From positions 1-39,905 of the forward strand of contig CALVZW010000003.1 of the NCBI GenBank assembly GCA_944372675.1: a DNA stretch of 39,905 bases, given 5' to 3'. The translations under genes were made by a program, and so were the position numbers. Positions 16,375-26,871 of the stretch are shown here, in pieces; positions within the stretch are counted from its first letter, which is position 1, and each line of letters opens with the position of its first letter. The notes below the pieces were generated by a model. It saw nothing but the letters and a program-made list of their open reading frames with translations. It was not told where the DNA came from and searched no databases. The stretch comes from an uncultured Clostridia bacterium (lineage in GTDB: Bacteria > Bacillota > Clostridia > Christensenellales > UBA1242).

Positions 16375-17625
16375 TTATGTATAAAAAGCATTACCCGATA
16401 TAATTATTAATCCCACCGTAATTAAATACATAAATGCTATACATAAAATTGTAGCAACTAAGTACCCCATTGTCTTAGATACAGTAAAAACAAAATTACT
16501 TGTCCTAGAATCTGCCAACGGTTCAATTACTGCTGAAGCAAGTTTTAACCCCAAACCAAAAATTACTATTTTAATTACGGGAATAATTATCGTGGCAAAT
16601 AAAAGTAATAAACCAGCAACACCAAGTGCATTTTTTATTAAAATTGAACTTGACATTATTAAATTAAACCCATCTGATAAATATCCTCCTACTAAAGGTA
16701 TATAACTTTTAATTGCATATTTTGCAGTTTGAACTGATACCCCATCAAAACTTCCAGCAGTAATGCCTTGAATAGTTAAAAAGGTAAAAAATAATGTCAT
16801 TATTGAACCAGTTACCCATTTAAAAGAACTTTTAAAAAATGAAATAAATTTATCCAGTTTAATATTATTGATTAAATTACCTACAATTGTAAAAATAAAA
16901 GTACAAATAAACAAAGGAAAAACTACATAGTTAAAGATTTGCATTACACCAGATACAAGCACTGCGACAAGTGGTTGAAAAACACTAACAGAAACTAAAC
17001 CTCCCAAACTTGTAAGCAAAGTCAACAAAATTGGAAATAATATTTGCATCTGTGCTTGAATTGATGATAATAAGTTTTTTGTCATACCAACTAAAGAAAA
17101 TACAGCACCAGATAAAATTACAATAATTACACCAAAACAAACAAAGTGAACAATATCAGCAATAGACTGGTCATTAGTTTTTACCCTCAAATTTGAAATA
17201 AAACTACCCAATATTGCAATTGCACAAATAGTTGCTAAAAGTGGTATAAAATTTAAAATTTCATCTAATAAAATATTAAATATTTGTTGAAATAATGATT
17301 GATCACTTGATAAATCGCTTGAAAGTAATTTTGAAACTTTATCATAGAAACTTGAAGACCCAAAAATGCTTTGCTCTTGTTCACTTAATCCGTTTAAAAT
17401 TTGTTGGAAATCGCCTAAATCAATTCCGCTTAATTGTTCCTCAACAGTTTCTGTTAATTCTTGTTCAATCTCATCTAAATCGGTTGATGTTTCAGTAGCA
17501 GTTGTTAAAGTTGTAAAAAAACTTAAAATAATTACCAATATCGCAAACAATATTAAAAAAATATCTTTGTATGAAAATTTTACTAATTTAGAATAAAGTT
17601 TTTTTTCATAAATATTTTTAATCAT
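16375..17625 (-). CDS. spoIIIAE: Stage III sporulation protein AE
   Basis: Polytopic; TAKYAIKSYIPLVGGYLSD, LIKNALGVAG, AVIEPLAD; operon position. Confidence 0.92.
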   Translation of the reverse strand: MIKNIYEKKLYSKLVKFSYKDIFLILFAILVIILSFFTTLTTATETSTDLDEIEQELTETVEEQLSGIDLGDFQQILNGLSEQEQSIFGSSSFYDKVSKLLSSDLSSDQSLFQQIFNILLDEILNFIPLLATICAIAILGSFISNLRVKTNDQSIADIVHFVCFGVIIVILSGAVFSLVGMTKNLLSSIQAQMQILFPILLTLLTSLGGLVSVSVFQPLVAVLVSGVMQIFNYVVFPLFICTFIFTIVGNLINNIKLDKFISFFKSSFKWVTGSIMTLFFTFLTIQGITAGSFDGVSVQTAKYAIKSYIPLVGGYLSDGFNLIMSSSILIKNALGVAGLLLLFATIIIPVIKIVIFGLGLKLASAVIEPLADSRTSNFVFTVSKTMGYLVATILCIAFMYLITVGLIIISGNAFYT

Positions 17626-18005
17626 ATTAAACCTAAAATAATATTTAATATTGAAGTAAATATAGGCAATGCTAAAACAAGAATTACAACTTTACCACCC
17701 AACATTATCTTATCTGCAATTGAGGAATTTCCACTATCAGCACACAAACTAGCACTAAACTCAGTTAAATAACCAACGCCAATAATTTTCAATAAAATTG
17801 AAAACAGTTCTGACGAAACACCAGTTTTGGCAACAATGTTATTAAAAACAGCAAATACACCACTAAGCATATCAACAAGTTCAAAAAAAATTAGTAGCGA
17901 ACCGGCCAACCCAAGTAAAACTGCTATTTCTGGTTTTGTTTGTTTAACTATCAAAACTGCGATAGTAGTAATTAATCCAATTGCAATAATTTTGAAAATT
18001 TCCAT
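17622..18005 (-). CDS. spoIIIAD: Stage III sporulation protein AD
   Basis: LLKIIGVGYLTEF..LCADSG..SIADKI.LGGKV.IL.LALP. Confidence 0.95.
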   Translation of the reverse strand: MEIFKIIAIGLITTIAVLIVKQTKPEIAVLLGLAGSLLIFFELVDMLSGVFAVFNNIVAKTGVSSELFSILLKIIGVGYLTEFSASLCADSGNSSIADKIMLGGKVVILVLALPIFTSILNIILGLI

Positions 18006-18011
18006 ACAAAC

Positions 18012-18206
18012 CTACAACTGAAATAAAATTTTTACACTTTCAAATAATTCTCCAATCATATTAATTAACATTAATAAAACAATAATTACCCCTGCTAAAG
18101 TCGCAAGTGTAGCAATTTCATCTTTGCCAGCATATTTTAATACTTGATTTACTACTGCAGTTAAAATACCTATTGCTGCAATTTTAAAAATTATTTCAAT
18201 TCCCAT
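18012..18206 (-). CDS. spoIIIAC: Stage III sporulation protein AC
   Basis: IFKIAAIGILTAVVNQVLKYAGKDEIATLATLAG; 64 aa. Confidence 0.95.
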   Translation of the reverse strand: MGIEIIFKIAAIGILTAVVNQVLKYAGKDEIATLATLAGVIIVLLMLINMIGELFESVKILFQL

Positions 18207-18216
18207 TTTTTACTCC

Positions 18217-18690
18217 TTAAATTAAACATACTGCTAATGCTAAACCGAATAAAAGTCCAAGTTTCAAAGAAATTTTGCCAATCCTATCAAAGTCGCTTTC
18301 ACAATTTTTAATTAGATCGCAAACTTGTACAGAATAATTTTTTAATTCTATAATTTGATTTTCACTATCACTTTTTCCAAGATGCAAAAATATGTTGTTT
18401 AACACACCAACCTCATCATTTTTAATAATCATATCATTAAAATTTGTAGAATTGTTTAAATAATTATTTATAATTTTAGTAAGAGTTGGATTAGGCTTAT
18501 GTTCCATAATAAATTTATTTAAAACTAAATTAATACTATCTTTATAAAAATTGATATTATTAATTAAATAATTTATCAAGTCATTTAATTCCTTGAAAAA
18601 TTTAATTCTTTGTTTATAATAATTGCTTATGCCCCACCCTATATAAGTCGTACATAAAACAATTAAAATTGCGATAACAATATTTATCAT
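18217..18690 (-). CDS. spoIIIAB: Stage III sporulation protein AB
   Basis: N- and C-terminal TM segments, LGKSDSENQ motif, lies between AA and AC. Confidence 0.85.
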   Translation of the reverse strand: MINIVIAILIVLCTTYIGWGISNYYKQRIKFFKELNDLINYLINNINFYKDSINLVLNKFIMEHKPNPTLTKIINNYLNNSTNFNDMIIKNDEVGVLNNIFLHLGKSDSENQIIELKNYSVQVCDLIKNCESDFDRIGKISLKLGLLFGLALAVCLI

Positions 18691-19596
18691 TTACATACAC
18701 AGACACTTAAAATTTTTGTCATAAACTCCTTCAATAGTTCCAGCCCCATTTCTTGTTGACAATAATACATATCTTTCAAAAGTCTTTTTTTCAATTAATT
18801 GTTCAAAATCTTTTTTTTCACGCAAAGCGTTAATATCATCACAGTGCGTTGTTGCTATAACTTTTACTCCACAACCTAACGCATAATGTATAGCATCTAC
18901 ATCAAGTTTATTAGCAATTTCGTCTGTCATTACTACATTAGGCTTCATACTTCTAATCCCATTTTCAAGTCCAAATTGCTTAGTACAATTTGAAATTACA
19001 TCACAAAATATGCCTAAATTATACTGCGGTACTCCATTAACAGAATTCGCAATTTCATTTCTTTCATCCACAATAAGTATATTTTGCAAATATCTTTGTG
19101 AAATTTGAAAAGCAATATCTCGCAATAAAGTTGTTTTGCCAGCACCAGGGCTGGAAACAATTAAAGTATTAAAAATTCTTGGTTCAGTAATATATTCAAG
19201 TATTTTAAGACTGCAATTTTTTACTTCGTGAGGAACTCTTATATTAATAGAAGATAAATTTTTTAAAGTTTTGATTACATTTCCTTCACGAACACAAGTA
19301 CCAGCAAGTCCAATTCTAATTCCACCCGAAATAGTAATAAATCCTTGTTTTATTTCTTCATTATATGCGTAAATAGAGTTTTCACATGCTTTTGTTATAA
19401 TATTGTCAATAATGCCTTTATTACAAATTATCGCTTTTGCTATAATATCAGTAACACCATCTTTTGATAAATAATAAATACCGCCATAATCAATAATGAT
19501 AGGACACCCTATTCTTAACCTAATTTCGTTTATCTTAGTAAAATTTAATTTTTTTATAGCCTCAGATATTTCAAAAGGCAAATATTCACATAGCAT
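18691..19596 (-). CDS. spoIIIAA: Stage III sporulation protein AA (secretion-type ATPase)
   Basis: EIRLR, GFITISGGIRIG, SPGAGKTTLLRD, VDERNEIA, IRSMKP...DEI, ATTH. Confidence 0.95.
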   Translation of the reverse strand: MLCEYLPFEISEAIKKLNFTKINEIRLRIGCPIIIDYGGIYYLSKDGVTDIIAKAIICNKGIIDNIITKACENSIYAYNEEIKQGFITISGGIRIGLAGTCVREGNVIKTLKNLSSINIRVPHEVKNCSLKILEYITEPRIFNTLIVSSPGAGKTTLLRDIAFQISQRYLQNILIVDERNEIANSVNGVPQYNLGIFCDVISNCTKQFGLENGIRSMKPNVVMTDEIANKLDVDAIHYALGCGVKVIATTHCDDINALREKKDFEQLIEKKTFERYVLLSTRNGAGTIEGVYDKNFKCLCM

Positions 19597-19613
19597 ATTT
19601 TTCCTCTTAAATT

Positions 19614-19643
19614 ATTTATATTAGACAAGCAGTAAACTTATGA
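19614..19643 (-). promoter_or_regulatory. sigmaE-type promoter of the spoIIIA operon
   Basis: TCATA-16-AATATAAAT on the minus strand; spoIIIA is sigmaE-dependent in B. subtilis and C. difficile. Confidence 0.55.
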
Positions 19644-19849
19644 TTATTTTTTGTAAATAAATAATTGATTAATTAAATTTTGCATTTTTACTAAAAAAAT
19701 AATTAGATAACTAGTTTTTAAAATTTGCTGTTAACATTAAGTTGCTAATTTAAATAAAAAAATAAACTGCTTAACAAATAACTTAATAAATAAAAAAAGT
19801 TAACAAAGTTAACTTTAAAATATGAATTTTTAATTTGTAAAATATATAT

Positions 19850-20701
19850 CTACTTTATTTTGTAAAAAATATCTTTTAACTTTTTAGCATCCTGAGCCAT
19901 TATGTTTTTTGATTCACTAATAATAGTAGCATTATCAATTTTATAATCTTGTAATAAAGTTGCCAATGGTTCAAATTCTGGCCCAAATTCAGTATCATCT
20001 AAAGTCAAATGTCTTATTTCACCTTTTGATGAAAATTCTATTTTTGAAAAATGTATGTGCATTTTTCGAGTTCTAAATTCGCCCAATTTCTCAAAAGAAT
20101 ATTCAATAATTCTTTTATAATTTTCCTTGTCTAAATTACCTTGTAAAATACAATTTATATGCCCAAAATCAAAAGTTGGAATAAGAGAATCATGCATTGT
20201 ACATAAATCTACAATTTCTTTGTAAGTTCCAATTTGTTGGAACTTACCCATAGTTTCAGGACATAAGTAAATTTTTTTATTACAATATTTTTCATCAAAT
20301 AATTCCATAAATCTTTTTAAATTATTAGTAACATTTCTCAAAGCATCTTCTCTAGCCATCTTCATACAACTGCCAATATGGACTACGCATTTTTCACCTT
20401 GCATTAAAATTAATTTATCAAGCGAATTGCTTATATAATTAAAAGATTTTTCTATCGCATCATTATCAGGATTAGCAAGATTAATAAAATAAGGCGCGTG
20501 AACACTAATTTGAATATTATTTTGTTTTGCATTATTTGCAAATTCAATAGCAGTTTCATCCTTTAACAAAATTCCACGTCCAAATGAATATTCATATAAA
20601 TCTAGTCCAAAATCATTTAGCCATTTAAAAACATCCTTTGTAGAACTAAAGCCTTGCTCATAAAATAAGTCGTCATTACCAGATGGTCCAAATTTTATCA
20701 T
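19850..20701 (-). CDS. nfo: Endonuclease IV-like TIM-barrel protein (AP endonuclease family 2)
   Basis: SVHAPYFINL, VVHIG, PETMGK, DFGH, HIHFSKIE...GEIRH metal ligands. Confidence 0.8.
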   Translation of the reverse strand: MIKFGPSGNDDLFYEQGFSSTKDVFKWLNDFGLDLYEYSFGRGILLKDETAIEFANNAKQNNIQISVHAPYFINLANPDNDAIEKSFNYISNSLDKLILMQGEKCVVHIGSCMKMAREDALRNVTNNLKRFMELFDEKYCNKKIYLCPETMGKFQQIGTYKEIVDLCTMHDSLIPTFDFGHINCILQGNLDKENYKRIIEYSFEKLGEFRTRKMHIHFSKIEFSSKGEIRHLTLDDTEFGPEFEPLATLLQDYKIDNATIISESKNIMAQDAKKLKDIFYKIK

Positions 20702-20718
20702 TAATAATACCTTATATA

Positions 20719-21570
20719 CTATATAAAGCGTATTTTACTAATAAAATACCCATTATCTAGTACTCCTTTTGAAATAATTTCATTTTTGTATACCAACACA
20801 CAATCTTCAATTGTGCTGTTACAATTATCTAATTTAAGTCTACTACTATTTATAAATGTAGATAAAAGTTTTTCATTATCAATTACAATTTGTTTAGTGT
20901 TTTTAAAAATTGTATTTAAATTAATTATAGATTTTTCATTAATTTCTTCAAATTTAAATGAGTTCTCAATTAAAAACTCACCACATTTAATTCTAGTTAA
21001 TTTGCTCATATATGCGTGAGTATTAAGTTTTGATGCTATGTCTCTTGCAATACTTCTAATATAAGTTCCAGAAGAACATTCTATTTTAAATTGAAAAGTG
21101 TTATGATTAACTTTAGATAAACATTGTAAATCATAAATATGGATAAGTTTAGGTTCTAAATTAAAATCTACATTCGCCCTTGCTAAATCATATGCTCGTT
21201 TACCATTTACTTTTTTTGCAGAATATTTTGGCGGTAATTGATATTGCTCTCCTATCATTTTATTTAGTACTGTGTTAATTTCTTCTAATGTAGGAATTTG
21301 TCCGCCACTACTTATAATTATACCCTCAGCATCTAATGTATCAGTTTCAATTCCAAAAGTAAATTCAGCAATATAAGTTTTATTTTTATTTAAATAGTAA
21401 TCAAACAATTTAGTGCATTTACCCAAAGAAACAGGAAGTACACCTTCTGCCATAGGGTCTAAAGTACCTAAATGTCCAACCTTTTTTTCGCCTAAAATTT
21501 TACCCACTTTTCGACAAGCGGTATTACTTGAAATTCCAGCAGGCTTATTTAAAACAACAATGCCATTCAT
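20719..21570 (-). CDS. truB: tRNA pseudouridine(55) synthase
   Basis: NKPAG, KVGHLGTLDPMAEGVL, PPKYSAKKVNG, CSSGTYIRS. Confidence 0.96.
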   Translation of the reverse strand: MNGIVVLNKPAGISSNTACRKVGKILGEKKVGHLGTLDPMAEGVLPVSLGKCTKLFDYYLNKNKTYIAEFTFGIETDTLDAEGIIISSGGQIPTLEEINTVLNKMIGEQYQLPPKYSAKKVNGKRAYDLARANVDFNLEPKLIHIYDLQCLSKVNHNTFQFKIECSSGTYIRSIARDIASKLNTHAYMSKLTRIKCGEFLIENSFKFEEINEKSIINLNTIFKNTKQIVIDNEKLLSTFINSSRLKLDNCNSTIEDCVLVYKNEIISKGVLDNGYFISKIRFI

Positions 21571-22538
21571 TCTTTTATTAACCTTTTTTCAATAGATTTT
21601 TTAACCGCTCCCACTATTTTTTCAATTTTACCATACATTTGACAACCCGATGCTTTACAATGTCCACCGCCTCCAAAGTCTTTTGCTATGTCACTTACAT
21701 CAACATCATATTTACTTCTTAAGCTTAATTTATGAACACCACAAGTTGATTCTGTAATTAACACTGCTATTTCAACTTTATCAATTGATAAAATATGAGA
21801 AATTAATCCGCCCGTATCATCAATATTTGCATTGTAATTTTTTAAATCTTTATTTGATATAGTTGAAATAGCAATTTTTCCATCATTAAATAATTGCAAA
21901 TTATTTAATGCAGTTTTTAAAAGCATAGCATTTTTAAAAGATATTCTCATCATAAAATGTCTATTAAAATTTTCTGCATCAAATTCATACTCAAGTAAAT
22001 TTGCAACCACTCTTAATGTATGTGGAGTAGTACAGTCGTGCATAAATCCACCAGTATCTCTTAATATACCAAGGTATAAAAACTCGGCAATTTCCTTGTT
22101 TATTTCATACCCACATTCATTCATAATATCAAATAAAAATTCACAAGCACTAGAACTTTGAGATGAAACAAAATTAATATTTGCAAAGTTTTGAAAAGTT
22201 TTATGGTGATCAATTGCTATACTATTTGTAAAATTTTTAAAAACACTTGAATAATCACCAATCCTATCTATATCTGCACAATCTGTAGCAATTATTAAAT
22301 CATATTCTTTAGGAAATTCATATCGAATAATATTTTCAATATTCAAGTAATAATATTCATCAAGAACTTTACTTGGCATATAAACATACGCATTTTTGCC
22401 CATATTTCTTAGCATTGTGGCTATAGCACAAGAAGAGCCAATCGCATCACCATCTGGCAAAATGTGCGTAAAAATTGCTATGTTATTTGCATTGCTTATC
22501 ATTTCTTTAAATTTACAAAAATCGTATTTGTTACTCAT
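21567..22538 (-). CDS. nrnA: DHH/DHHA1 phosphoesterase (NrnA)
   Basis: HILPDGDAIGS, IDHH, DTGGF, GGGGH..ASG; canonical position between rbfA and truB. Confidence 0.9.
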   Translation of the reverse strand: MSNKYDFCKFKEMISNANNIAIFTHILPDGDAIGSSCAIATMLRNMGKNAYVYMPSKVLDEYYYLNIENIIRYEFPKEYDLIIATDCADIDRIGDYSSVFKNFTNSIAIDHHKTFQNFANINFVSSQSSSACEFLFDIMNECGYEINKEIAEFLYLGILRDTGGFMHDCTTPHTLRVVANLLEYEFDAENFNRHFMMRISFKNAMLLKTALNNLQLFNDGKIAISTISNKDLKNYNANIDDTGGLISHILSIDKVEIAVLITESTCGVHKLSLRSKYDVDVSDIAKDFGGGGHCKASGCQMYGKIEKIVGAVKKSIEKRLIKE

Positions 22539-22552
22539 ACTTTCCCTTTATT

Positions 22553-22594
22553 AAAAAGAGGCTATGTAATGGAATAAATCCCAAGACAAGCCTC
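22553..22594 (-). terminator. Hairpin/terminator after rbfA
   Basis: Minus strand GAGGCU-UGU..UGGGA-UUUA-UUCCA..ACA-U-AGCCUC followed by UUUUU. Confidence 0.6.
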
Positions 22595-22599
22595 AAATA

Positions 22600-22932
22600 T
22601 TATATTTTTTTAAATAAGTCATTCATTTTATCTACATAATCAAGAGTCTCATCTAAATAAAAGTGCAGTTCTGGCATCACTCTAATATCAACCATTCCAG
22701 CAAGTTTTTTTCTAATAAAACTAGCACTGTCTTTTATAGTTTTAAAGCACTCTTCTTTGTTTTTTGAATTATAAATGCTTATATAAACATTGCAATGAGA
22801 TAAGTCGTTTGTTATTCTAACTTCACTTACCGTAATCATTCCATCAATTCTTGGGTCTTTGATTTCGTTGCGGAAAATATCAGAAATTGCTTTAACAAAT
22901 TCTTCATCCAATTTATTTAATCTATTATTCAT
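22600..22932 (-). CDS. rbfA: Ribosome-binding factor A
   Basis: EIKDPR, V.ITNDLS...VYIS, FIRKKLA, R.MPELHFYLD. Confidence 0.95.
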   Translation of the reverse strand: MNNRLNKLDEEFVKAISDIFRNEIKDPRIDGMITVSEVRITNDLSHCNVYISIYNSKNKEECFKTIKDSASFIRKKLAGMVDIRVMPELHFYLDETLDYVDKMNDLFKKI

Positions 22933-25323
22933 TTATCTTTCTACCTGCTCCATAATATATGCTTCAAAAATATCTAACTCTTTTATGTCATTAAATCCGT
23001 CTAATTTAATACCGCATTCGTAGCCCTGCATAACTTCTTTTACTTCTTGTTTTTCTTTTTGGAAAGTTGTTATTGTTGTATCTACAACACATTCACCGTT
23101 TCTCATAACTCTAATGTGTGAGTTTTTAGTTATTTTACCATCAAGCACATAACACCCTGCTACTGTACCAATTCTACTAATTTTAAATAGAACTCTAACT
23201 TCACAATGTCCAATAACTTTTTCTACAAAAATTGGTTTTAACATAGACTTAATTTTTGCTGTTGCATCTTCTAAAACTTGATAAATAATTTTGTACTTAT
23301 TTATAGTAACATTGTGTTGTTCGGCTAATGCTTGTGCATTGCTTTCAACTTTAACATTAAATGCTATGATAGTTGCATTTGAAGCAATTGCAATTTCAAC
23401 ATCATTTTCAGTTACTGCACCAACTCCACCGTGTATACAATGAACTCTTACTTCTTCATTTTCAACAGCAGATAACATTTGTTCTAGTGCCTCTAATGAA
23501 CCTTGAACATCAGTTTTTACAATTAAGTTGTATGGTGTTTTATCATCCATATGCTTTAAAAATTCTTCAGCAGAAATACTTGTAGCAGCATTTTGTTTTG
23601 CAAGTTGTACTTTATTCTTTCTATCAACAATAACTTGTTTAGCAGTTTTTTCGTCAACGGCAATCAAAGTATCTCCAGCATTAGGCACTCTATCTAAGCC
23701 AAGCACAGATACAGGAGTAGATGGAGTCGCTACTTCAATTCGTTGTCCTTTATCGTTAGTCATTGCTCTTACTCTACCAACTGCTAATCCCGATACAATA
23801 GTATCTCCAATGTGTAATGAACCGTTAGTAATCAAAACATTTGCAACAGGACCTCTGCCCTTATCAAGTTTTGCTTCAATAATACTACCTATTGCGTTTC
23901 TATTTGGATTTGCTCTTAAATCACTTACCTCGCTAACAAGTAATACTACTTCAAGTAATTTATCAATGTTAATATTGTTTCTAGCAGAAATTTCAACCAT
24001 CATAGTATCTCCTCCCCACTCTTCAGGGAGAATATTTAATTCTGCTAATTGTTGTTTAATTCTATCAACATTCGCCTCTGGCTTATCAATTTTGTTAATA
24101 GCAACAACCATAGGAACACCTGCTTTGCGAATATGTTCAACTGCTTCTTTTGTTTGAGGCATTACGCCATCATCAGCAGCAACAACAAGGATAGCAACAT
24201 CAGTTACACTTGCTCCTCTTGCACGCATTGCAGTAAATGCTTCGTGTCCTGGTGTATCAATAAAGGTTATTTGATGCCCATCATAATCAATGGTATAAGC
24301 ACCAATGTGTTGTGTAATTCCGCCTGCTTCAGAAGATGTTACATTGGTTTTTCTAATAGTATCTAATAATGAAGTTTTACCGTGGTCAACATGTCCCATA
24401 ACAGTTACTACTGGTGGACGGTTTATTGTAGAATTAATATCGTCAGCCTCTTTTATTTTCTCCAATAATTGTTCGTCAGCACTCTTTTCAAGTTGCAACT
24501 CTAATTTTACACCAAATTCATCAGCAATTAAGGATGCTGTGTCAAAGTCGATACTTGTATTAATGTTAGCCATAGTACCAAGTATAATGAGCTTTTTAAT
24601 AATATCAGAAGCAGTTTGACCAATTTTTTCAGATAAAGTTTTTACAGAAACTTCTTGGGTAGTAATTATTGCATGGTCAATTTTTATATAATTAGGATTT
24701 TCAGCAGTTTTACCTTTCTTTTTCTTTTTACCAAAGAACTCTTGGTCATTCAATGCTGAATCATACTTAGTTACGCGACCTTTTTTAGTTTCAAAAGTTT
24801 TATGCGTTTCTTGTTTTTTCTTATTAACTTGACTGTTTTGAAATTTATTCTTACCTTTTTCAATAACCACATCAGAAAAAGTAATTTTCTTTTCAGTTTT
24901 AGGTTTGTTATTGTTTTGATTTGAATTATCTTGTTTTGTTTTTTCAAAATTATTTTTATTTTGCAAAGGTTTTTTGTTCTGTTTCCAATTATCACTTTTT
25001 TCAACAGGTTTATCAAAGACTCTTTTTTGAACACTATTATCTTTTGATTTTTTTGCCTCTACATTTTCATTTTTGGAAACTTCAACAGAAACTTTTTCTT
25101 GAGAAACTGTAACAGGTTTTTCTTTTATCTGTTGATTTTTTTCTTCAAGATAATTCTTTTCATTTAATTTTGTTTTCTTCAAAACATTTTCAAGGTCTTG
25201 TTTAGCCTTCTTTAAAGCATTAGTCAAATTATGAATATCACCATTAGTTTGGTGCATTTTTGCAATTAATTTTAAATTATCAAATACCAATGTGTTTTTT
25301 GTTGTTTTTTTATCTACTTCCAA
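22933..25323 (-). CDS. infB: Translation initiation factor IF-2
   Basis: [33 protein letters not shown]-terminal ECGI; TTG start after AGAGGT. Confidence 0.97.
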   Translation of the reverse strand: MEVDKKTTKNTLVFDNLKLIAKMHQTNGDIHNLTNALKKAKQDLENVLKKTKLNEKNYLEEKNQQIKEKPVTVSQEKVSVEVSKNENVEAKKSKDNSVQKRVFDKPVEKSDNWKQNKKPLQNKNNFEKTKQDNSNQNNNKPKTEKKITFSDVVIEKGKNKFQNSQVNKKKQETHKTFETKKGRVTKYDSALNDQEFFGKKKKKGKTAENPNYIKIDHAIITTQEVSVKTLSEKIGQTASDIIKKLIILGTMANINTSIDFDTASLIADEFGVKLELQLEKSADEQLLEKIKEADDINSTINRPPVVTVMGHVDHGKTSLLDTIRKTNVTSSEAGGITQHIGAYTIDYDGHQITFIDTPGHEAFTAMRARGASVTDVAILVVAADDGVMPQTKEAVEHIRKAGVPMVVAINKIDKPEANVDRIKQQLAELNILPEEWGGDTMMVEISARNNINIDKLLEVVLLVSEVSDLRANPNRNAIGSIIEAKLDKGRGPVANVLITNGSLHIGDTIVSGLAVGRVRAMTNDKGQRIEVATPSTPVSVLGLDRVPNAGDTLIAVDEKTAKQVIVDRKNKVQLAKQNAATSISAEEFLKHMDDKTPYNLIVKTDVQGSLEALEQMLSAVENEEVRVHCIHGGVGAVTENDVEIAIASNATIIAFNVKVESNAQALAEQHNVTINKYKIIYQVLEDATAKIKSMLKPIFVEKVIGHCEVRVLFKISRIGTVAGCYVLDGKITKNSHIRVMRNGECVVDTTITTFQKEKQEVKEVMQGYECGIKLDGFNDIKELDIFEAYIMEQVER

Positions 25324-25343
25324 TATTACTACCTCTTTTCTTC

Positions 25344-25372
25344 ATTATATCACATCAAATAAATTTTGTCAA
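25344..25372 (-). promoter_or_regulatory. Internal consensus sigmaA promoter for infB
   Basis: TTGACA-17-TATAAT with TG extended -10, overlapping the last codons of ylxR. Confidence 0.75.
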
Positions 25373-25603
25373 TTCATCATAAGTTTCTTGCGGAATTTCT
25401 CGCTTAAATGCTCGATTTAGACTTCTTTTTTTTACACTTGCATTTATGCAAGACTCATTTTTACAAATATATGCGCTTCTACCAAAATATTTTTGTTTGT
25501 CATTGTTTATGTGCAAACTGCCTTCACTCATAGTTAATCTAATTAACTCGTTTTTTGGTTTTTTCTGCCTACATACGCAACACATTCTTAGTGGTTCACT
25601 CAA
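25355..25603 (-). CDS. ylxR: YlxR (RnpM) family RNA-binding protein
   Basis: PLRMCCVCRQKKPKNELIR, GRSAYIC, LNRAFK. Confidence 0.92.
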   Translation of the reverse strand: MSEPLRMCCVCRQKKPKNELIRLTMSEGSLHINNDKQKYFGRSAYICKNESCINASVKKRSLNRAFKREIPQETYDELTKFI

Positions 25604-25614
25604 AATATCACCCT

Positions 25615-26862
25615 TTACTTGTCCTCTTCATCAAAATCCACTTCAAAATCTTCATTAGTTAAATTATCAATTTCATTTACATTTGATTGAGTTTCATTTT
25701 CAAAATTTTCATCAGCAAAATCATCATCTTCTAAACTAAAATCGTCATCTGAAATAACAAAGTCATTTTCGTTAAGATTATCAGCAATGCCTGAATTAAA
25801 TGAATTATCTTTTTTATCCTCTTCTTCGGTCTTAACATCAATCTTGTATCCAGTCAATCTTGCTGCTAATCTTACATTGTGCCCGTTCATACCAATAGCA
25901 AGAGATAATTTATCTTTATCTACTATTACTTTTGCAGTGTGATTAAGTTCATCAATTTCTACACTTTTTACAGTTGCAGGAGATAATGCTCTAGCAATAT
26001 AAACAAATGGGTCATCGCTATATTCAATAACATCAATTTTTTCGCCATTTAATTCAGCAGTTAAAGTGTTAATTCTAGCGCCCTTATTACCAATACAAGC
26101 ACCAACTGGGTCTATTGTTCCATTTTTTGAAGCAACAGCAATTTTTGTTCTTAACCCTGCTTCTCTTGAAATACTCTTAATTTCAACTTCCCCGCTTTCA
26201 ATTTCAGGAACTTCAATTTCAAGTAATCTTCTTACATAACCTGGGGCTTTTCTTGATAAACAAATTTGTGGACCAAAAGGTGTATCCTTAATTTGTTTTA
26301 CAAAAACTTTAATTTTATCACCAATATTATATTTTTCTTTTGGTATTTGCTCAAAATTACTTAAAACACCATATATGTTAGAATTTCCTATTTCAACATA
26401 TACATTTTTTTCATCTTTACGATTAATTATACCAGTAACAATTTCGTTTTCTTTTCCGTTCATTTCTTGAAGCATTTTTTCTTTTTCCGCTTCGTGTATT
26501 CTTTGCATAATTATGTGTTTAGCAGTTTGTGCAGCGATTCTTCCAAATTCTTCTTTTGGTACAACTTCTTCTGTAATTAAATCGCCAATTTTATATTTTG
26601 CACGAGTTAATCCCTTGTTTGCATCTGCAACACTTATTTGCTTTTCAGGGTCTTCTACTTCTTCAACAACACTCTTGTATGCATACAATTTAATTGTGTT
26701 TTTTTCTGGAATTAATTTAACAAAAGCAGACCTAGCCTCACCAAAATTTTTTTTGTACGCAGATGTTAATGCTGCTTCAAGAATTTGAATAAATTCTTCC
26801 TTATTGATATTTTTTTGTTCTTCCAAATCATTTAATGCATTAAAAAAATCTTTGCTTACCAT
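25615..26862 (-). CDS. nusA: Transcription factor NusA
   Basis: FGRIAAQTAK, REAGLRTKIAV, DPVGACIG, LSLAIG.NG.NVRLAARLTG; acidic C-terminal tail. Confidence 0.97.
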   Translation of the reverse strand: MVSKDFFNALNDLEEQKNINKEEFIQILEAALTSAYKKNFGEARSAFVKLIPEKNTIKLYAYKSVVEEVEDPEKQISVADANKGLTRAKYKIGDLITEEVVPKEEFGRIAAQTAKHIIMQRIHEAEKEKMLQEMNGKENEIVTGIINRKDEKNVYVEIGNSNIYGVLSNFEQIPKEKYNIGDKIKVFVKQIKDTPFGPQICLSRKAPGYVRRLLEIEVPEIESGEVEIKSISREAGLRTKIAVASKNGTIDPVGACIGNKGARINTLTAELNGEKIDVIEYSDDPFVYIARALSPATVKSVEIDELNHTAKVIVDKDKLSLAIGMNGHNVRLAARLTGYKIDVKTEEEDKKDNSFNSGIADNLNENDFVISDDDFSLEDDDFADENFENETQSNVNEIDNLTNEDFEVDFDEEDK

Positions 26863-26871
26863 TTTTTTCTC

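Noticed and set aside
19650-19849. AT-rich spacer with short GTTAAC palindromes, possible sRNA or origin
   Set aside because: No stable structure, ORF or DnaA-box cluster visible.
23528-24619. Long + strand ORFs (209, 105, 104 aa) opposite infB
   Set aside because: Antisense shadows of a conserved gene; no RBS or recognisable domain.
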